DNA of 63,531 bases, the filler included, from Choristocarpus tenellus KU-1152 (taxonomy: Eukaryota; Protista; Phaeophyceae): assembly GCA_964200185.2 (NCBI GenBank). It is 6 parts of 6 records of this genome, joined end to end, with 100 filler letters (N's around TTAATTAATTAA, not from the genome) between each part and the next. Parts side by side here need not be neighbours in the genome. Positions count along the whole stretch, not along the records: positions 1 to 26,122 come from CAXNAD020000172.1; positions 26,223 to 43,034 come from CAXNAD020000768.1; 4 more parts are not named here. One strand, given 5' to 3'. Positions 1 to 33,794 of the stretch are shown in pieces. Numbering within the stretch: position 1 is the stretch's first letter; each line of letters begins with the position of its first letter. The notes under the pieces are model-generated. The model made no database searches. It was not told where the DNA came from and saw only the letters and a program-made list of their open reading frames with translations. Both the position numbers and the translations under genes were made by a program.

Positions 1-921
1 CCCCCCCCCCCTCTAAAACATCATGGGTGAGGAATGTATGTATATAAGGATGGCCTTAGAGGAACACAAATCTAGCAGGAAAGGGAGCGAGCAATAAGAT
101 CAGACAGTGGGAGTAGATGCTTGAAAATGTTAGTCTTAAAAGGTGAAAATAATATATCTTGGTGAACAAAACACATACTGAGAGTATGTACCAATCGCAA
201 TTGAAGGTGCAATGAATTGGCCTTCTCTGAATCGATAGGGAATAACTCAACATGACCACAACAAATTGGTGTGGTACCCTGTTTGTTCCTCTTTCTTGAC
301 AGATCTTTAATACAGCAAGCGAAACACCTCACAGTTACAAATATCGCTGGAAAACAGTCCGGCCGAAGAATTGTATTTGCTGCATACCCTTTCCAAGTTT
401 GTCGGATGTTGAAGAGGTCAAAAGCTTGTAAACTTATTCTCTATTCAAAAATACTCCCCTTCATTTTTGGGTTATTTCCACCCATCCCCGAACCATATTC
501 CCCCACCTAAGTCTATCCCTCATCCTGCTGTAGTACAAACCACATGGAATAATAAATGGAGTCCCCATGTCGGGTGGGGGTGAGGCAAGCTCCAAAAACA
601 TCCAAAAACATCCGACTTACGGACAGCACATTGGAGGTCGATCCACACGCAAAAAACACCTCCAGTCACTCATGCTTCTTGATTTATGAAACAAAATTTA
701 ACCAACGGCAGCTGATAAGGTACAGAGACAAGGCAAACACTTGTAACAGCAAGAACAAACACAAAAACGACCTATTTAACGCAAAAATACACACATACTT
801 CTTGACCGGCACAAAGATCACATTGCACATATTGGACACCCACTAAAAAAACCACTAAATTTCACAATCAGAAGCCTTGTTCCAGGTTGATGCTGCACCA
901 ACGAGGCAAGGGGCAGCATCA

Positions 922-20696
<19,775 letters not shown>

Positions 20697-20975
20697 CTGA
20701 GACATGTTTCAACACACAATAAGGTGGCATGACCAATATTCATGAGGAAACACATCGGTGTGTTGTAAAACATACCCTAACCCTAACCCTAAAATAGCAT
20801 GAGCAGTGTCACGATATCAGCAGTGACATAATGAGAACCAGGAATGATAATATCAGGAAGAGAAGTCATCTCACAATTGACAAAGAGGTAGTTCACTGTG
20901 TGGATTACAATTCATGAGCTATGGTTTTAGTATGTCCACAGTGTGGAAGGATCCATAGCAAATTTGGTTATGTAC

Positions 20976-22056
20976 CTTGTACCATATCCAATTGTGGTCT
21001 GACCATGCATCCACATGCGTCATAGGACACACTGCACATATCTTGGCTTGTGAGAAACTCTTGCTGCGCATTTCCAATTGAATCTTGTCCCTTACCCTCA
21101 TCCTGATCACTAAACCTCAACCAACCAATAGGTGGGATCTCACATGTGTCCTGCACCTTCACAGGGTCTCCTATCTTGATGGAGTGTGCAATGTATCACA
21201 GATGCCACACGAGACTAAGCACCTCAACATCTCACATTCACCATCACACACAACAGGTGGACGACGCATACCTAAATGCAGATGTATAGAAAAAGCTCAT
21301 CTCCCCTATCCAGAGAAAATGTTTCAATTCTGTCATGTGACCAATCTCCCATGCTACACTGAAATTGGGGCATAGCTACTCTTAATGCAAACAAGAACTT
21401 GTGCAGGGTACTATGAGCACGCAAACACAGAGAGGGTTGGGAGGATGACATTGTGTTGCTGCACAACAAAAGATGCAGTACAGCATTTAAGGTCGGGGAA
21501 TATTACTCTGAGATACTCTAAAGATCGAGTAGGGGTACAGTCACTGTTTGACTTCGTACGGAAATTGACCAACCACCAACCCTTCCTCAGAGAAAATATC
21601 TAATCGAAAAGACGCCATGGACTATCCAGTACGACAGCAACACGGAGTAGCAAATGGTGCATGCAACTCTAACAATTAGTAGTGGAGACAGACAAGGACG
21701 AACAAGGGTGGATACACCACGGTCGTTTCGTCTTTCGCGTACGTTCAACTAGAGGCGAAACATTTCCTAGTCTCCTCTTCCAAGAAAGCCAAGAGCATCA
21801 AAATCAGCATGCGGGAGAAAAAGCTTGGCAGGAACAAGAGTGGAATAAGGTCAGCCCTTGAGCAGCAACCAGGCCGATGTGAGCCGTAAATGAGACTTTC
21901 TACTCGTCAGGGGGTGGTTGACTGATTAATACGGATGACGGAGGGGTTGGGAACGCTTACCGTTCTTGGCATCCCTCCAGGCAATAGGTCATACACAGTC
22001 AGCTGAAGAGTCATCCAAATGTACAGCCACTGCGCCACAGCATTGCCAAACGCCAT
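20976..22056 (-). CDS. Tentative 5' exons of the PI4K gene (22056-21961, 21353-21272, 21102-20976)
   Basis: ATG at 22056 opens MAFGNAVAQWLYIWMTLQLTVYDLLPGGMPRT, ending at ACG|GTAAGC. Segments 21353-21272 and 21102-20976 have AG/GT borders and phases that join to exon 20696. The link from 21961 to 21353 needs at least one more exon that I did not identify. No recognisable motif. Confidence 0.35.
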
Positions 22057-22793
22057 GGCGTCTCCCCCACTGTGAGCAACACGTGCCAAGGTCTTCAAAG
22101 AGTCTGCGTGGAGTCCGAAATCCAAACCTTCTCTTGACCCTGTTTCGCAGGATCCAAGTAGAGGAGTGAAGGCAAACAGGAAGACAGGCAGGTACAAAAC
22201 TGTCGAGATGGAGATAGCACTACTTCCCAGGAGTATTTGCTGTCTAGAGTGTATCAACCATTTCTGACTTTTCTTTGCTTACCTCTGTCGAAGAGGGGCA
22301 ACGCAAAGCTAGGTAGACAGAGGTGCACCAACGCGGTTCAAGGGAGACTATGTAATGAAGCCAGCCTTGAGTAGCCCTCCACAGTTCACAGTTAATATGC
22401 AAGGTCTGTTGGTGGTGGGGTTGGGCCTGTTGCCCAACCCATCCGACCGGGTCCACCCTTGTGCTGTTGCAGCAGACTGCGCAGAAGGCACCACTTAAGT
22501 CCAACACAAACAAGGGACCTGGGCTGAGGTCACACTGGAGAGGTCCTTGGTTCTATCCTTGTGCAAGTGGTCTTCAAACAGAGTTCTTGTTTAAGTAGAT
22601 GCCTGAAATTGACACATGTCAAGTAACTGACAACGCCTCAAGAACACGATCAACGTACAAACCTTAGATTCTCTTAGACAACAAACACCAAGTTTGCCTC
22701 AGGTCAACAACCTCTACCAGTGTGAACAAGCAAGGTTGATCTCTAAACGCTTGAATATTCCCTGTTATCTTCTGAGTTGGCTTCTGCGCTGTC
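22057..22793. promoter_or_regulatory. Putative bidirectional promoter between head-to-head PI4K and RoxA-like genes
   Basis: About 740 bp lie between the tentative PI4K ATG (22056, minus) and the RoxA-like ATG (22794, plus). The call depends on the tentative PI4K start. Confidence 0.35.
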
Positions 22794-23850
22794 ATGCGCA
22801 ATAAGTGGCTTGTGATGGCTTGCTGCCTTTGCAGCATTATCCACATGTCGCCTGGCTTTGTCGGTCCCCACATCAACAACCCTCGAAGCATGTGCATAGG
22901 GGATGGGTCATTCGGACATGCCCTGAGATCGACTGTCACTAGACTGACCGTATTGGAAACGCCAATTGGGGAAGACGCTCAAGAGGGAGAGGCGCTCTTG
23001 GATGGAGCAAACGGCAGACTTGTTGCGGATGAGTGGACGGGCTTCAGGGAGGAGGATCATGATATTTTCCTTAAGGATTACTGGCAAAAGCGACCGCTGC
23101 TAATCCGGAATGCCGTTTCTGGGTAGGTCTTGGTCGAGGACTGTAGGTCGGAATTGCGGTGGATACAAGATCCTACTTGCAATTTGCACATCTAGTTGAA
23201 GCCAAGGTTGTGCTCAAGATGTAAAAGTGCGATGAGATGCAACTTTGGACTCGTTTTATACTTCCTTGCAGATTGCTGGACGAATCCTTTGCTAGCAATT
23301 TAACCAACCGAGATCATTATTTGAAGAAGTTGACTTCACTAATTGCAAGTTGGGTTTTTGCTTGTGACCAGGGGCTTTGGTGTGATTGCAGAAGTCGATC
23401 TCTATGTGTTACAGTATGCTGCCCAACACTATTGCCTCTCTCTCAGGCCTAGTCTATTTCTCCTATTTTTCTTCATGTAGATTGTAGGCGTGCCCTGTTT
23501 CAGGAGAGGTTAGGTACGTTGTGGTATTATCTGTCACTGATAGAGATGTTCACCCATGTTTAGTCTGGAGCTGTTGCTTGTTTTGACGCCCCTGCTTTGT
23601 CAGATGCAAACATAAACCCTACTTCTTTCTGACCCTTGCTGAAACCTAACCCAGTACTAAGCATACCTTTGACCTCGGTCCTCGCCTTGACCGTAACCTT
23701 CGCTTCAACAGCTTGAGCGGGATGATCTCTCCAGATGAGCTTGCAGGGCTGGCTTGCGCCGATGACGTTGAGAGCCGTATTGTCCAGGGAGGAAAGGAGG
23801 ATGCTAAGGATGGGGATTGGAAGGTTGCACTGGGACCTTTCGACGAGCAG
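22794..23850 (+). CDS. RoxA/YcfD-like JmjC (cupin-4) ribosomal oxygenase, 5' two exons (22794-23122, 23712-23850), with a putative plastid-targeting presequence
   Basis: FLKDYWQKRPLLIRNAVSG|LSGMISPDELAGLACADDVESRIV...WKVALGPFDEQ matches the N-terminus of bacterial YcfD/RoxA. The phase-2 junction is consistent. The N-terminus is hydrophobic and followed by SPG-F, resembling the stramenopile ASAFAP motif. The remaining exons were not found before the gap at 26123. Confidence 0.85.
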
Positions 23851-25821
23851 GCAAGACTCATGTACATACAAGTGATAGTTACCCAAGGACAAAACCTAAA
23901 CCCCCTCTCTTAGTTCCTGACCACATTTTTCGTCCAGCCTGCTTTGGCTCTGTTTCAATCACACTTGCAGACTCAGGAGCCTGTTTCCTGGGGGACATGA
24001 AAACAAAGTATTTACTTGAGTGCAGCATTGAATGATAGGTCTGGTTTGGTCATGTCCCTACCAGCGCTCAGACTATCTGATGAAGACTATCCTTAGCATC
24101 ATTCAGTATTGGATGTTCACAACCAGGCTACTCAACTTATCAAAGCTCACTTGGGTTGTCATGCTCAGTGCATCCCAAGGTCTTTCAAGGTTTCTAGGAT
24201 GTAGTGCATTGCAATGACTCTCTTCTTACTGGGTTTGCAGTACTAACTTGATAAGCTAAATTAGCTCATCGAAAGGGAGCTTGGTTTGTCTCAGATCAAC
24301 CAAGCTCAAGAATGCAAGAACATTGCAACCAACAACACATGTATGACAAACTAAAATTTGAGTCTGCAAAACCCCCATACATAGCCCATGATTGTACCAG
24401 TCAGATGTAGCATGTGCAGGTTGGCAAAAACAAAGATGAAGAACCTCTCCTGTCACACATACAATTAAACCCTAACTAGACTCGACACACTGAAAAGAGT
24501 GGAAGTGTTGCAAAGGCAGTTAGATTCAGCTCAAAGATCAATCTTATAATGATGTTGAATGGCCCGGTGCGCTTTATTGTGCAGCTCCAGCTTTTGAACT
24601 CCTTCCTCACATATACAGGTGACATCCTTTAGGGAGGGTTTGGATTAGGTTTGAGGTCACTTCACCCGTTGACCAGTTGTGCCCACCCTTAGACCCTTAT
24701 CTTCTGTATGTGCCTCCTCCAGACACTGAGTCACCAGTTGTGATCCCTGATATCATGACTGCCGTTCCTCCAATGTTGCTGCCCCTATAGGCATCCTCCT
24801 GTATATGTGCATCCAGTTATCATTGTTGTCCTTGTGACGGTGGTCAATCCCTCAGGCTAATGCTAGCATCCTGCACTTGATCGTAAGGTCAGGTGTCAAG
24901 AATTAAGTTGAACTGTAGACACCGAAAAGCATCATCAGTCTACTACAAGGACTGGTAATATCTGATTAGTGGGCTTGCAGTGCATGCTTGATTAGCTTAA
25001 TGAGTATATTGAGAGTGTGCTTAGGTGGTATCAGATCAGTCAATATCAGGTTAGTCAATATCAGATCAGTCAAGCTCAAGAAAGGAAAATAGATGCCAAC
25101 ATCAACAACGTGTGTATGAAAACCTTGATCTGGATCTGCAAGCAATATGATCTTATCCAAAAGAGTTTTTCAGCAGTAACGGCATCACCATGTCATTCTT
25201 TTCACAGCCTCAGGAGTGCAAAAATCCTCACATTACAAGCTTTAAATTGTGAACATTTTAACATGCGTAAATACAACCCATGGAAAATTTTATAAAAGAA
25301 TTGATAGCTGAGGGCAAAAGGGCATCTGATGGTATGAGTGAAAAATCGAACTTCCAAAGGTAGCACATGGTGTGGAAATTATTCTTGACTGGGAAATTTG
25401 CGACATTCTAAAGTTTTACATGAAGCATATACTTACAGAGACCATATGTCCAGATGCTGATGGGGGTGTAGGCTGTGCTATTGGGAGTGATACAAGACTT
25501 GGCAAATACAGCATTTACTGTGAGGACAGTGGTGAGAAAAATTGAAGTATTTTCGTGCAAGGCAGTAAAAGCAAGGAAATAACAGAATTTTGGTGCATTC
25601 TGCTCATGGGCATCACTCGATAATAGTATCCCTGTATGTTTCTGAGTGGGACTGGTCTTTCAGGCCTTGTTCATTTACCTATCTCTTGTTGAAGATTTGA
25701 AACATTGAAATATTTTGTGCCCACACACGTTCAACATTTCTTTCACTATCTACTGGGGCTGCCATGTCTCCATTTGCCTCTACATCCGCGTCCTCCTACC
25801 CTTTGTCGTTCTGTTCGACAT

Positions 25822-26122
25822 CCTCCTCAATATTCAGTACTCCTCTGTGCCAAGAGTAGTAATGAGGTTATCCTACCTCAATCTTCAACACTCCTCAGTG
25901 CCAAGAGTAGCAATGAGGTTATCCTACCTCAATATTCAACACTCCTCTGTGCCAAGAGTAGCAATGAGGTTATCCTACCTCAATCTTCAACACTCCTCTG
26001 TGCCAAGAGTAGCAATGAGGTTATCCTACCTCAATCTTCAACACTCCTCAGTGCCAAGAGTAGCAATGAGGTTATCCTACCTCAATATTCAACACTCCTC
26101 AGTGCCAAGAGTAGCAATGAGG
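25822..26122 (+). repeat. 51-bp minisatellite running into the assembly gap
   Basis: Unit CTCCTCTGTGCCAAGAGTAGCAATGAGGTTATCCTACCTCAATCTTCAACA, at least 5.5 copies. Confidence 0.93.
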
Positions 26123-26222
26123 NNNNNNNNNNNNNNNNNNNNNNNNNNNNNNNNNNNNNNNNNNNNTTAATTAATTAANNNNNNNNNNNNNNNNNNNNNN
26201 NNNNNNNNNNNNNNNNNNNNNN
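26123..26222. other. Artificial contig linker N44-TTAATTAATTAA-N44 (also at 43035-43134, 46677-46776, 49855-49954, 58347-58446)
   Basis: An identical 100-nt pattern with an all-frame stop linker occurs five times. Confidence 0.97.
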
Positions 26223-27011
26223 TTTGACCTAAATGGACCCCCCCCCACAAACCCCCCCCCCCCCCCCAGATACTTTGACCCAATATCACATCATTGAGAA
26301 CTCATTGCCAAACCATTTCTGATGCACACATACAAGCTGCTCTTCAAGCAACGAGTCAACCAAGACTTACGAACATACAATTCAGGGGCAATTTTTGTCA
26401 CCAGGCAGTTCGTGTACTACAATACAGACCTTGATTTTTTTTAATTTATCTGAGTGTTGTAGAGTGACAATAATTCCCCCCTGGTAGCAGCAGTAGATGG
26501 GCAAAATCGAGTATAGGAAGAAGATGGAAAGTGTTTGTCAGTAGGACAAGATAATGAAAAATGTGTATATGGAAGGAGTTGTAAGGGTCAAAGTATCTGG
26601 GGAGAGTCCCGGCGACCGTTTTTGACCCTAGGTAGGTTTGGAGTATGATTGATCAAATATATGACACACTGTTACCAAGAATTAGAAATGGATAGAATCT
26701 AAGTACTGGGTATTTGCTATTGTGTGGTCTGTTGATATAGGCAGATAGGATAGCAATGCTACGAGAAAACAGAGAGGGGGTAAGGGAGGCACACAAATAA
26801 GCCCAAGGACTCCTTCCCCACGAAGATATTATATTGAGGCATTGGATGAGAGAGGGGGGATGGGGTGTGGAAGATAGGATGGGAGTGAGGAACTATCTTG
26901 AGGTAGACGTGGGAGACGTGCGCTAAATAGAGCGACAGTACAAGGAAGTTTCCTGGACATACGTGATGAAATTGGTATATTGAGGCATATATTAGTGTGG
27001 TAACTGTCATA

Positions 27012-28699
27012 CTACCTCCGTGCCATAAGTCTGTGCCGCGTTGTCCATAACGTTTGGAGATGTTGATGAAATTCATTTCTGAAATAAGATTTGGAATCCT
27101 TGCAAAATTCCTGGTTAGGGTCGGCTCTTTTTATTCTTCTCACTCCCCATCCACCACAATTTTATTAGCCACAGAAAAAGCCTCCATGTCTTTGGTGCGT
27201 TTTCAAGCTCACCAGACAACTGCCTCTTCCTTACCCCTGTGTGCTCCACACTGAACTCATTCCCCCCTTCATATCTAAGTACTTGATTGTACACCACAAA
27301 AAGGAGCTGCCAAGTCCTCTCAAGTGCGGTTTCATCATACTCCTCGTACTGTTTCTTCAGGACCTTCACCATCTCCTTGGTGAACCCAAACCACTCCCCA
27401 ATCTCCCAGTATTTCAAAGATCTGAAGAAGCACAGGTCCATGATATTTAGGTCAGGGGGGTTAGATGACTGCGTCACATGCCTAATCGACCACCCCTCAG
27501 CCTTCCCTGCCTTTGACAAGATTTCTGAGTTGTCCTTGCCCGTGTGGGGGGTGGCACCATCTTGCTGAACGACAACATGCTTCCCCTGCAACCAAGGCAT
27601 CTCGGTCTTGATTAAAGGCAGTAACTCCTCCGTGTACCACTTCCTGTACCACAAATGATCTAAAGTACAGTCTTGCTCATATACATCCCCCTTTTTATGG
27701 TTCTTGTGTGTCCTGTCTGCTGTTTTTTTGTGCACACACACGCCAAACACCAAGCTTACCATCAAAGCTGTGAGCCGAATCTGGGCGGGCGTTGGCTGCA
27801 GTGATCATGGTTTTGGGGATATGACTCTTGTGCTGCACAGTAGGGACCCTGGAAGGTCGCTATCATCCTCATACGAAAATACCCTAACCTTTTCCCCATC
27901 AGCCATCACGTAAAAGCAGGTTCACATGGATCGTTTTTGCCATGGAGGGTGCACACCATGCTTCCGGTCCACTTGATCGCAAACAAAGTCCGTTCTCCAT
28001 GCCTTTTACCAAGATTTAAGCTTGGTTCTGATCCAGCAGCAATTCGGCATGGCCCCCATACCATCCAACCACCTGTTTATGGTGCTCATCATGCTATAAT
28101 TCAGCCCCTTGGCGGCCATCTTCATGGTCACCTGACACACTGTGGATGATCGATTATCGAAGTTGACATTATGTGTTGTGGCCATGTTGGTCTGTGTGAG
28201 CTCCGAAGGCCACCCACTACGTGCCGCCACCCCTAGGTCAAGTGTGTGGCCACGGGTGAGCTGATCAGCGGCGTCCTCCCAGAGGCCTCGCATGTAACAC
28301 CCGTACACTCCAAACTCCACTGCAAGGGCTGGCCCAACATGTCGCAGCAGTTATGCTCACTAAGGACCACCACGAGGGTGTGCAGCACCGCAAGCGCAAC
28401 TCTGGTATTCAGGGTCACTTTGGCACCCTTGCTACACGGGAGGGTCGACAGGGGGGTTGCCATGCTGACGTTCTGACCCTCAACGTGCCCGGTTCTGACC
28501 TCAAAATCAACCCAAAAGACCCCTACTTTGACGGCTTCAAGCACCTCTAGTTTGTTCCAGATGATCCTCGACCCCCACCTTTCCTGAAAGCTGAGATTGT
28601 TAACCCGATTTCATTCTGTGGGGTTATCGTCCGATTTGGTGCCGTTCTCGCTCGGCAAGCCCAGATGTTTTGTGGCACAAAACTTATGGCACAGAGGTA
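27012..28699 (-). mobile_element. Full-length decayed Tc1/mariner transposon (plant-mariner DD39D-like, family 1)
   Basis: TIRs are TA|CTACCTCCGTGCCATAAGTCTGTGCC at 27012 and GGCACAAAACTTATGGCACAGAGGTA|TA at about 28699. The transposase C-terminus (27115-27765) has VQQDGATPH...NPPDLNIMDLCFF, with 40 residues between the second and third D. The upstream part is frameshifted. Confidence 0.9.
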
Positions 28700-29173
28700 T
28701 ACTGTGAACATATTATTTAGGGATGAAGCGTGATAGCAGATTTTGTAAACAAGGGTAGATCTATTTGTTCACGGTCATAAACTGTGCTGCTCTTGTTGCA
28801 AACATTGCTATCTAGGTATGAAGCAATGCCGTCCTTTTTCATTAGACACCCTTCATCAGAAACACGAAAGTGTAGCACCATGCTGTCATGAACTTTGGAA
28901 ACACATCCATGCCAACTCATGTAGGGCGATGCCCTTTGACTATTGTGAATGAAAATGTCCATGCAGTATGTCGTTTTATTAAATATACTCAGATCTATCT
29001 TCAAAAACGCAGGATGGGAAGAGAGCAGAAATAAAATGGTAAAATAACACAACTTTATATTGTAATATGTATGGTTCGTACATGGAAAAGAGTGGAAATA
29101 CAAAGTGCAATAAAAAAAAGCAGAAAGGGAAATGACATGGGTAAATGAAAAGTGGACAAATAATATGTAGTAT

Positions 29174-29472
29174 TGTGAAACAGATGGAAACAAGCCGACA
29201 GGTTCTTCGCGATGAAGGGCAACGGGAAGGCCCACAGCAGGCAAGGAAAAGGAGAGAGACAAGTCAAGAGGGAGAGCAATCCCTCAGAAGATCACTCGGA
29301 AAAGGAGTGAACAAGTGGTAACTGAATGATAGGGGTTTTGCAAGGTCCCCTCAAACTACCCGCTCTTACTTCAAGCAGGTATTACCTTCAACATGCAAGA
29401 ATAAATGTCATATGAATATCAGATTCTTCAAGATAGGTTACTTTCAGGGTATACCTTCTTTGGAAGATGGCT
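29174..29472 (+). repeat. About 300-bp dispersed repeat of unknown class, copy 1
   Basis: Colinear with the reverse complement of 60273-60569 (TGTGAAACAGATGGAAACAAGCC...GGGTATACCTTCT.TGGAAGATGGCT). Confidence 0.85.
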
Positions 29473-30487
29473 CTTACAGTACCAAGAAACTAAAAAACTC
29501 AACTTGGAAGAGACATGAGAAAGATCAAAAGTTAATCCTTCCCCCTGGGTCAAAATACAGATATTATGAGTTCCAACATCAACTGGCTGTAAATCCAATT
29601 ATTGTTGCAGATCAGAAAAACATCAGATCAAGTACAATACGCCTACACACAACACTCACAGATACCGATAGGCAGCTGGGTGGGTGACCTAGTTGTCCTA
29701 CCTACATTTGCACGACAAAGCGAACTGCAGGATCTTTTTTCTTCTTTCCAGTTTTCATTCTACCAAGATACCGTTTAGGGTTAGTTGCCCTTGCTCCCAA
29801 CTGTTGTCACACACTGAGCAAGCGAGAATCCCTTTGAGTATTTGACTTGATTTGCAAGAGACTGATGTTTGATAGTAAGAGTATAGTATAGCACTGTTTC
29901 AACCTCTCTTTTCAAATGACAAAACATAGTTACAAACTAATAATGGGTATCCCATAATATGGGACATGATAACGTGGATTCGTCGTCTCCATAGGGTCAC
30001 AGAAAAAATAGATCCTGATACAAAGTCAGAGGTGGTGCGAAATCAGGCGTAGCAAATAGATGGGTGGGCATAACCCTCCTCGGTAAGATTAAATTTATAA
30101 CGTAAACTACTTCTAGTTGACTTCAATACTCTTTAATAACTGGACCAGAATAAGCTAATGCTCCTCCTGTTGAATCTACCGGCTTCTATGTTACGGAAAT
30201 CGCTTACTCTCTTTACATGGACTTTGTTTTAAGAATGCTCTACATAATAGTTTCATAGGTGATGGTTACCTGCTGGAATTTCATCAATTCTTGAAGGACA
30301 ATATTGGTAAAGCAAAGAAAAAGTCCTAGGATGTTTTTCCTCTATTTCTCCTCCACTATTTTCACGTATTCAACAACCGCTAACTTGAGGGGTAGGTTTT
30401 GGACAACCTACCATTATCTACCCTGCAAATGCCTTCCTACACTCCCATCAAGAAATACAATTATTATTGTTGACATTTTTCGCACAT

Positions 30488-30670
30488 GACTCAAAGTGTC
30501 TAGGGGGGGGGTGGCGGCTGTCCATTTGGGGACAATTTTTTTATGCCGCGATTTTTGCGTGATTTGGTTGCATACGTCAGATGGATAATGTAAGTGTACT
30601 TTTCCTGGTTATTATGGTCAAAATGGACACCCTGGTGTAGATCCCCCCCCTCCCCCAAATACTTTGAGTC
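30488..30670. mobile_element. About 180-bp MITE with related TIR (GACTCAAAGT..CT plus a G-run)
   Basis: GACTCAAAGTGTCTAGGGGGGG ... CCCCCAAATACTTTGAGTC. Related ends occur at 26223-26280, 26585-26630 and 46780-46830. Confidence 0.7.
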
Positions 30671-33600
30671 CATACTGAAAATTGATGGAAATAACATTCC
30701 ATGCCTTTTTGAATTGGTTCATAAATCATGTGATAGCCGGACATGCTTAGCTTTTCTCCAGATCACTCTCCTACGCCACTTATTAATACGTCATTCCCTC
30801 TCATAATAGCAATATCCTTGTTGAGCTCTGTCCATTGGGTTGGGAAAACACTCGGTGCAGTAGCTTATGTCATAAGCAGAACTAGGGCCAAGAAGTTTGG
30901 TTGTATTCTTTTTGTAGGTTTGAAATGTGGCAACTGGCAGCAATGTGACTTGTTTCAACGGATACACTACAACGTAACTTCTGTTGAACTATCATCCCAC
31001 ACTGAACCCGCGGCTTTTATGGTGCTTTAAAGAAGGACAGAGTAGCTTGATATAGATGAACAAAGTATTACAAGGGCTTGTGGTCTCGATTCCGCTGACT
31101 GAGAACGTGGGTAAGACCAGTGTTGATTGCCATGAGGGGTTTGCAACGTCCACATGGATAATCAGAAAAGAAAATAAGCACTGCATCATATATGATTTGT
31201 GCAGACTTCAACTAAGATACATCGAAACATTTATATGTCACTACTTTTCCTCCATTACTCCACTGGTGGTGTTTATCTTTCCTAATCTACCCCACCGATG
31301 GTGTCTATAGTGCATCAGCAGCACTATCTACGAACAACTTCTCCGTTATCCCCCCAACGTCTGCAAGAGCTCACAGCATCAATATTGGTGTTGTAGGTTT
31401 TTCAAAAGTTCACACATCGTTTTGGGAGGTTCACTGGGCATGCAGGTAGGTGTCCAAGTTTACAGAGGTACCCCCACTCATATCATTGTTCTAACCCTAA
31501 CCCTAACATACAAATTGGTCAATACTGCCAACAGAATAAATTACACAGCACCAAATATGAGCAGGATACCATAACAACCTGGGCACCTCATAAGCCTCTC
31601 ACAACATTTTACTGTTGTGCTCAAAATACAGATTCTCTGATGAGCTACGAGAAGTAGAAAGATATTGCACACTGTATTTTGCTATTCTTGATAACTACCT
31701 CTAGCTGCTTCAGGACCATCAGCGTAGCATCAGGGTTGTGTCGATAATCCACCAGTTAATCAACTCATTCAGGAAGGAACAGTTTGTTTTAAAATATTCC
31801 CTCCTACAGTTCTGTTGCAAACACAAGAAGCTCAAACGACTCTGCGTCCAACCAGAAAATTCTGGAACCTGTACCATAGCTTTAAAAGGTTTTCATCAGA
31901 AAATATTGAAAATCCCTGCTTCGAAACATTTTCATTATTGCCACCATTGTTGAAATAATTAGCGTAGGGAATTGTCTTGGTCAGTCGTCGTACCAGGAAC
32001 TATGAGAACGACAGAATTGAAACCCGTAGTATCCTACAGAGGGGGCGACTCAAGCCCTTGTAAGGACAACATTAGAAGATCTGCGTGACACCCCTATTTT
32101 CCAATATAAACATGCAGGTTGAACCCCTCACGAGACTGTGGCTAAGGAATAGGACACGAACTTCCTCCTCAAAAATACCAACGTCCTCAGATTGCTAGGC
32201 GTAATGTACCAGAAAGCAGTGACAGAGGCTTCGTATTATCAGCGCCTCTCCCTTCTTACGACACTACTACTCTGAATCATGGACCATTCAATCGCGACCG
32301 CCATTCATCGTTGGTAAAAAATGCTTTTGCATTACACATTTCTTGGGATATATTTTGTTCTTGTGATGCTGTAGAATTCCAACATTGCAAAGGCAGTCGT
32401 CTCAACTCCCTTCTAATAGGTCGAATTTGTATACAGCCTAAGTTAAAACTGAATACATTCTACTACCACTACTTCATGGTTTGATTCATTCATCTCTTGT
32501 GACACATGATGTATCAAGAGCATAGATGGGCATTTTTCATAGTGAGTACTGGTCCTGAACCTGGTGCCTCCTCTCTGATCCTCCTCCAACGCCATTCTTA
32601 TCTATTCTTCATCTCAGTCATCATGATTATTGTAACTTTTTTCTGATGTTGAAGTTGTAAATCTTAGTACTAGTAGCAGACTAACTGATACCACATTTTA
32701 CAATAATTGACAGAGAGAAGACAACATGAAGTTATCACACATTAGATCATTTTTTTAGATGTCAAACTTAGGGTTGGTTGAAAAGTATCACATATTCACC
32801 ACAAAACAACAAATCTAAACCAAAACAATATCACAGAGAGGGACAGGTACACTAGTACAACATGGTCCCCTCCATTGGCCTTAAAAATCTCATACTGGGT
32901 TTCAATCCGTCTCTCTTAACTCAAAATGTTCTTGTTTGCACAAGAAGGAAGGGGTTTAGAGAAAGTGAAAATACTACAATTAATGATAGAAAGGGGATTC
33001 GGATTCTGCTGTTACCACAGCTACTGACACACAACACATGCCTCACCAACTGTCATAAACACGATAAAAAAGAATAGGGAATGCAGAAAAAGATGTATTA
33101 CTAATAGCAACAAATACTGTGTACCTATACAGTACACGTTTCCTCTATGCACACTACTGCAATATACAGGGTACGATGACACAGCATTTACAAAAAGAAC
33201 AAATCTTGTATCAATGATCAAATAGATTCACTGGTCACAACTCCAAGGGGTACGTATTTCTCTGACAACAAGACTATTCTTTTCAAACAAGAATTGATTC
33301 AGAATTATCACATAGTTGCTCTGGACAGGTAATGCAAGAAGCCTAAGGGGTTCTTTTGGGTGTTTTTGCTGCTACATGTGCTCTTGGCTTCTGCTAAAGA
33401 TCAAACTGGTCTGCTATTCCTTCCAAAAGGAACAAAACGGGCTACTTTTTGTTCCTTTCCAATAGTAAACACAGCACCCACACAAAAATTCATCACCTAT
33501 AGTATGCACCACACACTACATCCTGACAAAAAACAGAATGCCCGTTCATTTAGGAACTAATAAAATGGCACTTGCAGTACAATTGAAGGCCAGTCTTGTA

Positions 33601-33794
33601 TGAGCACGATACCTGCAACCATTCTTTTTTGAAGCTCATTATATTGTAGAGTGCATAGCCTTACCCAGGACCATCGAACTTATCCATTTCCACTGGATGG
33701 TGTGGAGAGGAGAAAAAAATCTCCAACTGTGTTGCCCTTCACTATATGGATCCTAGGACTGGGGTTAAACCACTGCCAGCACTCCTCTCCTCCC

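Noticed and set aside
25705-26178. 157-aa repeat ORF as a continuation of the RoxA-like gene
   Set aside because: It derives from a 51-bp minisatellite and has no JmjC motifs.
26123-26222. TTAATTAATTAA motif recurring five times
   Set aside because: It is always centred in identical N runs, so it is an artificial contig joiner rather than a biological site.
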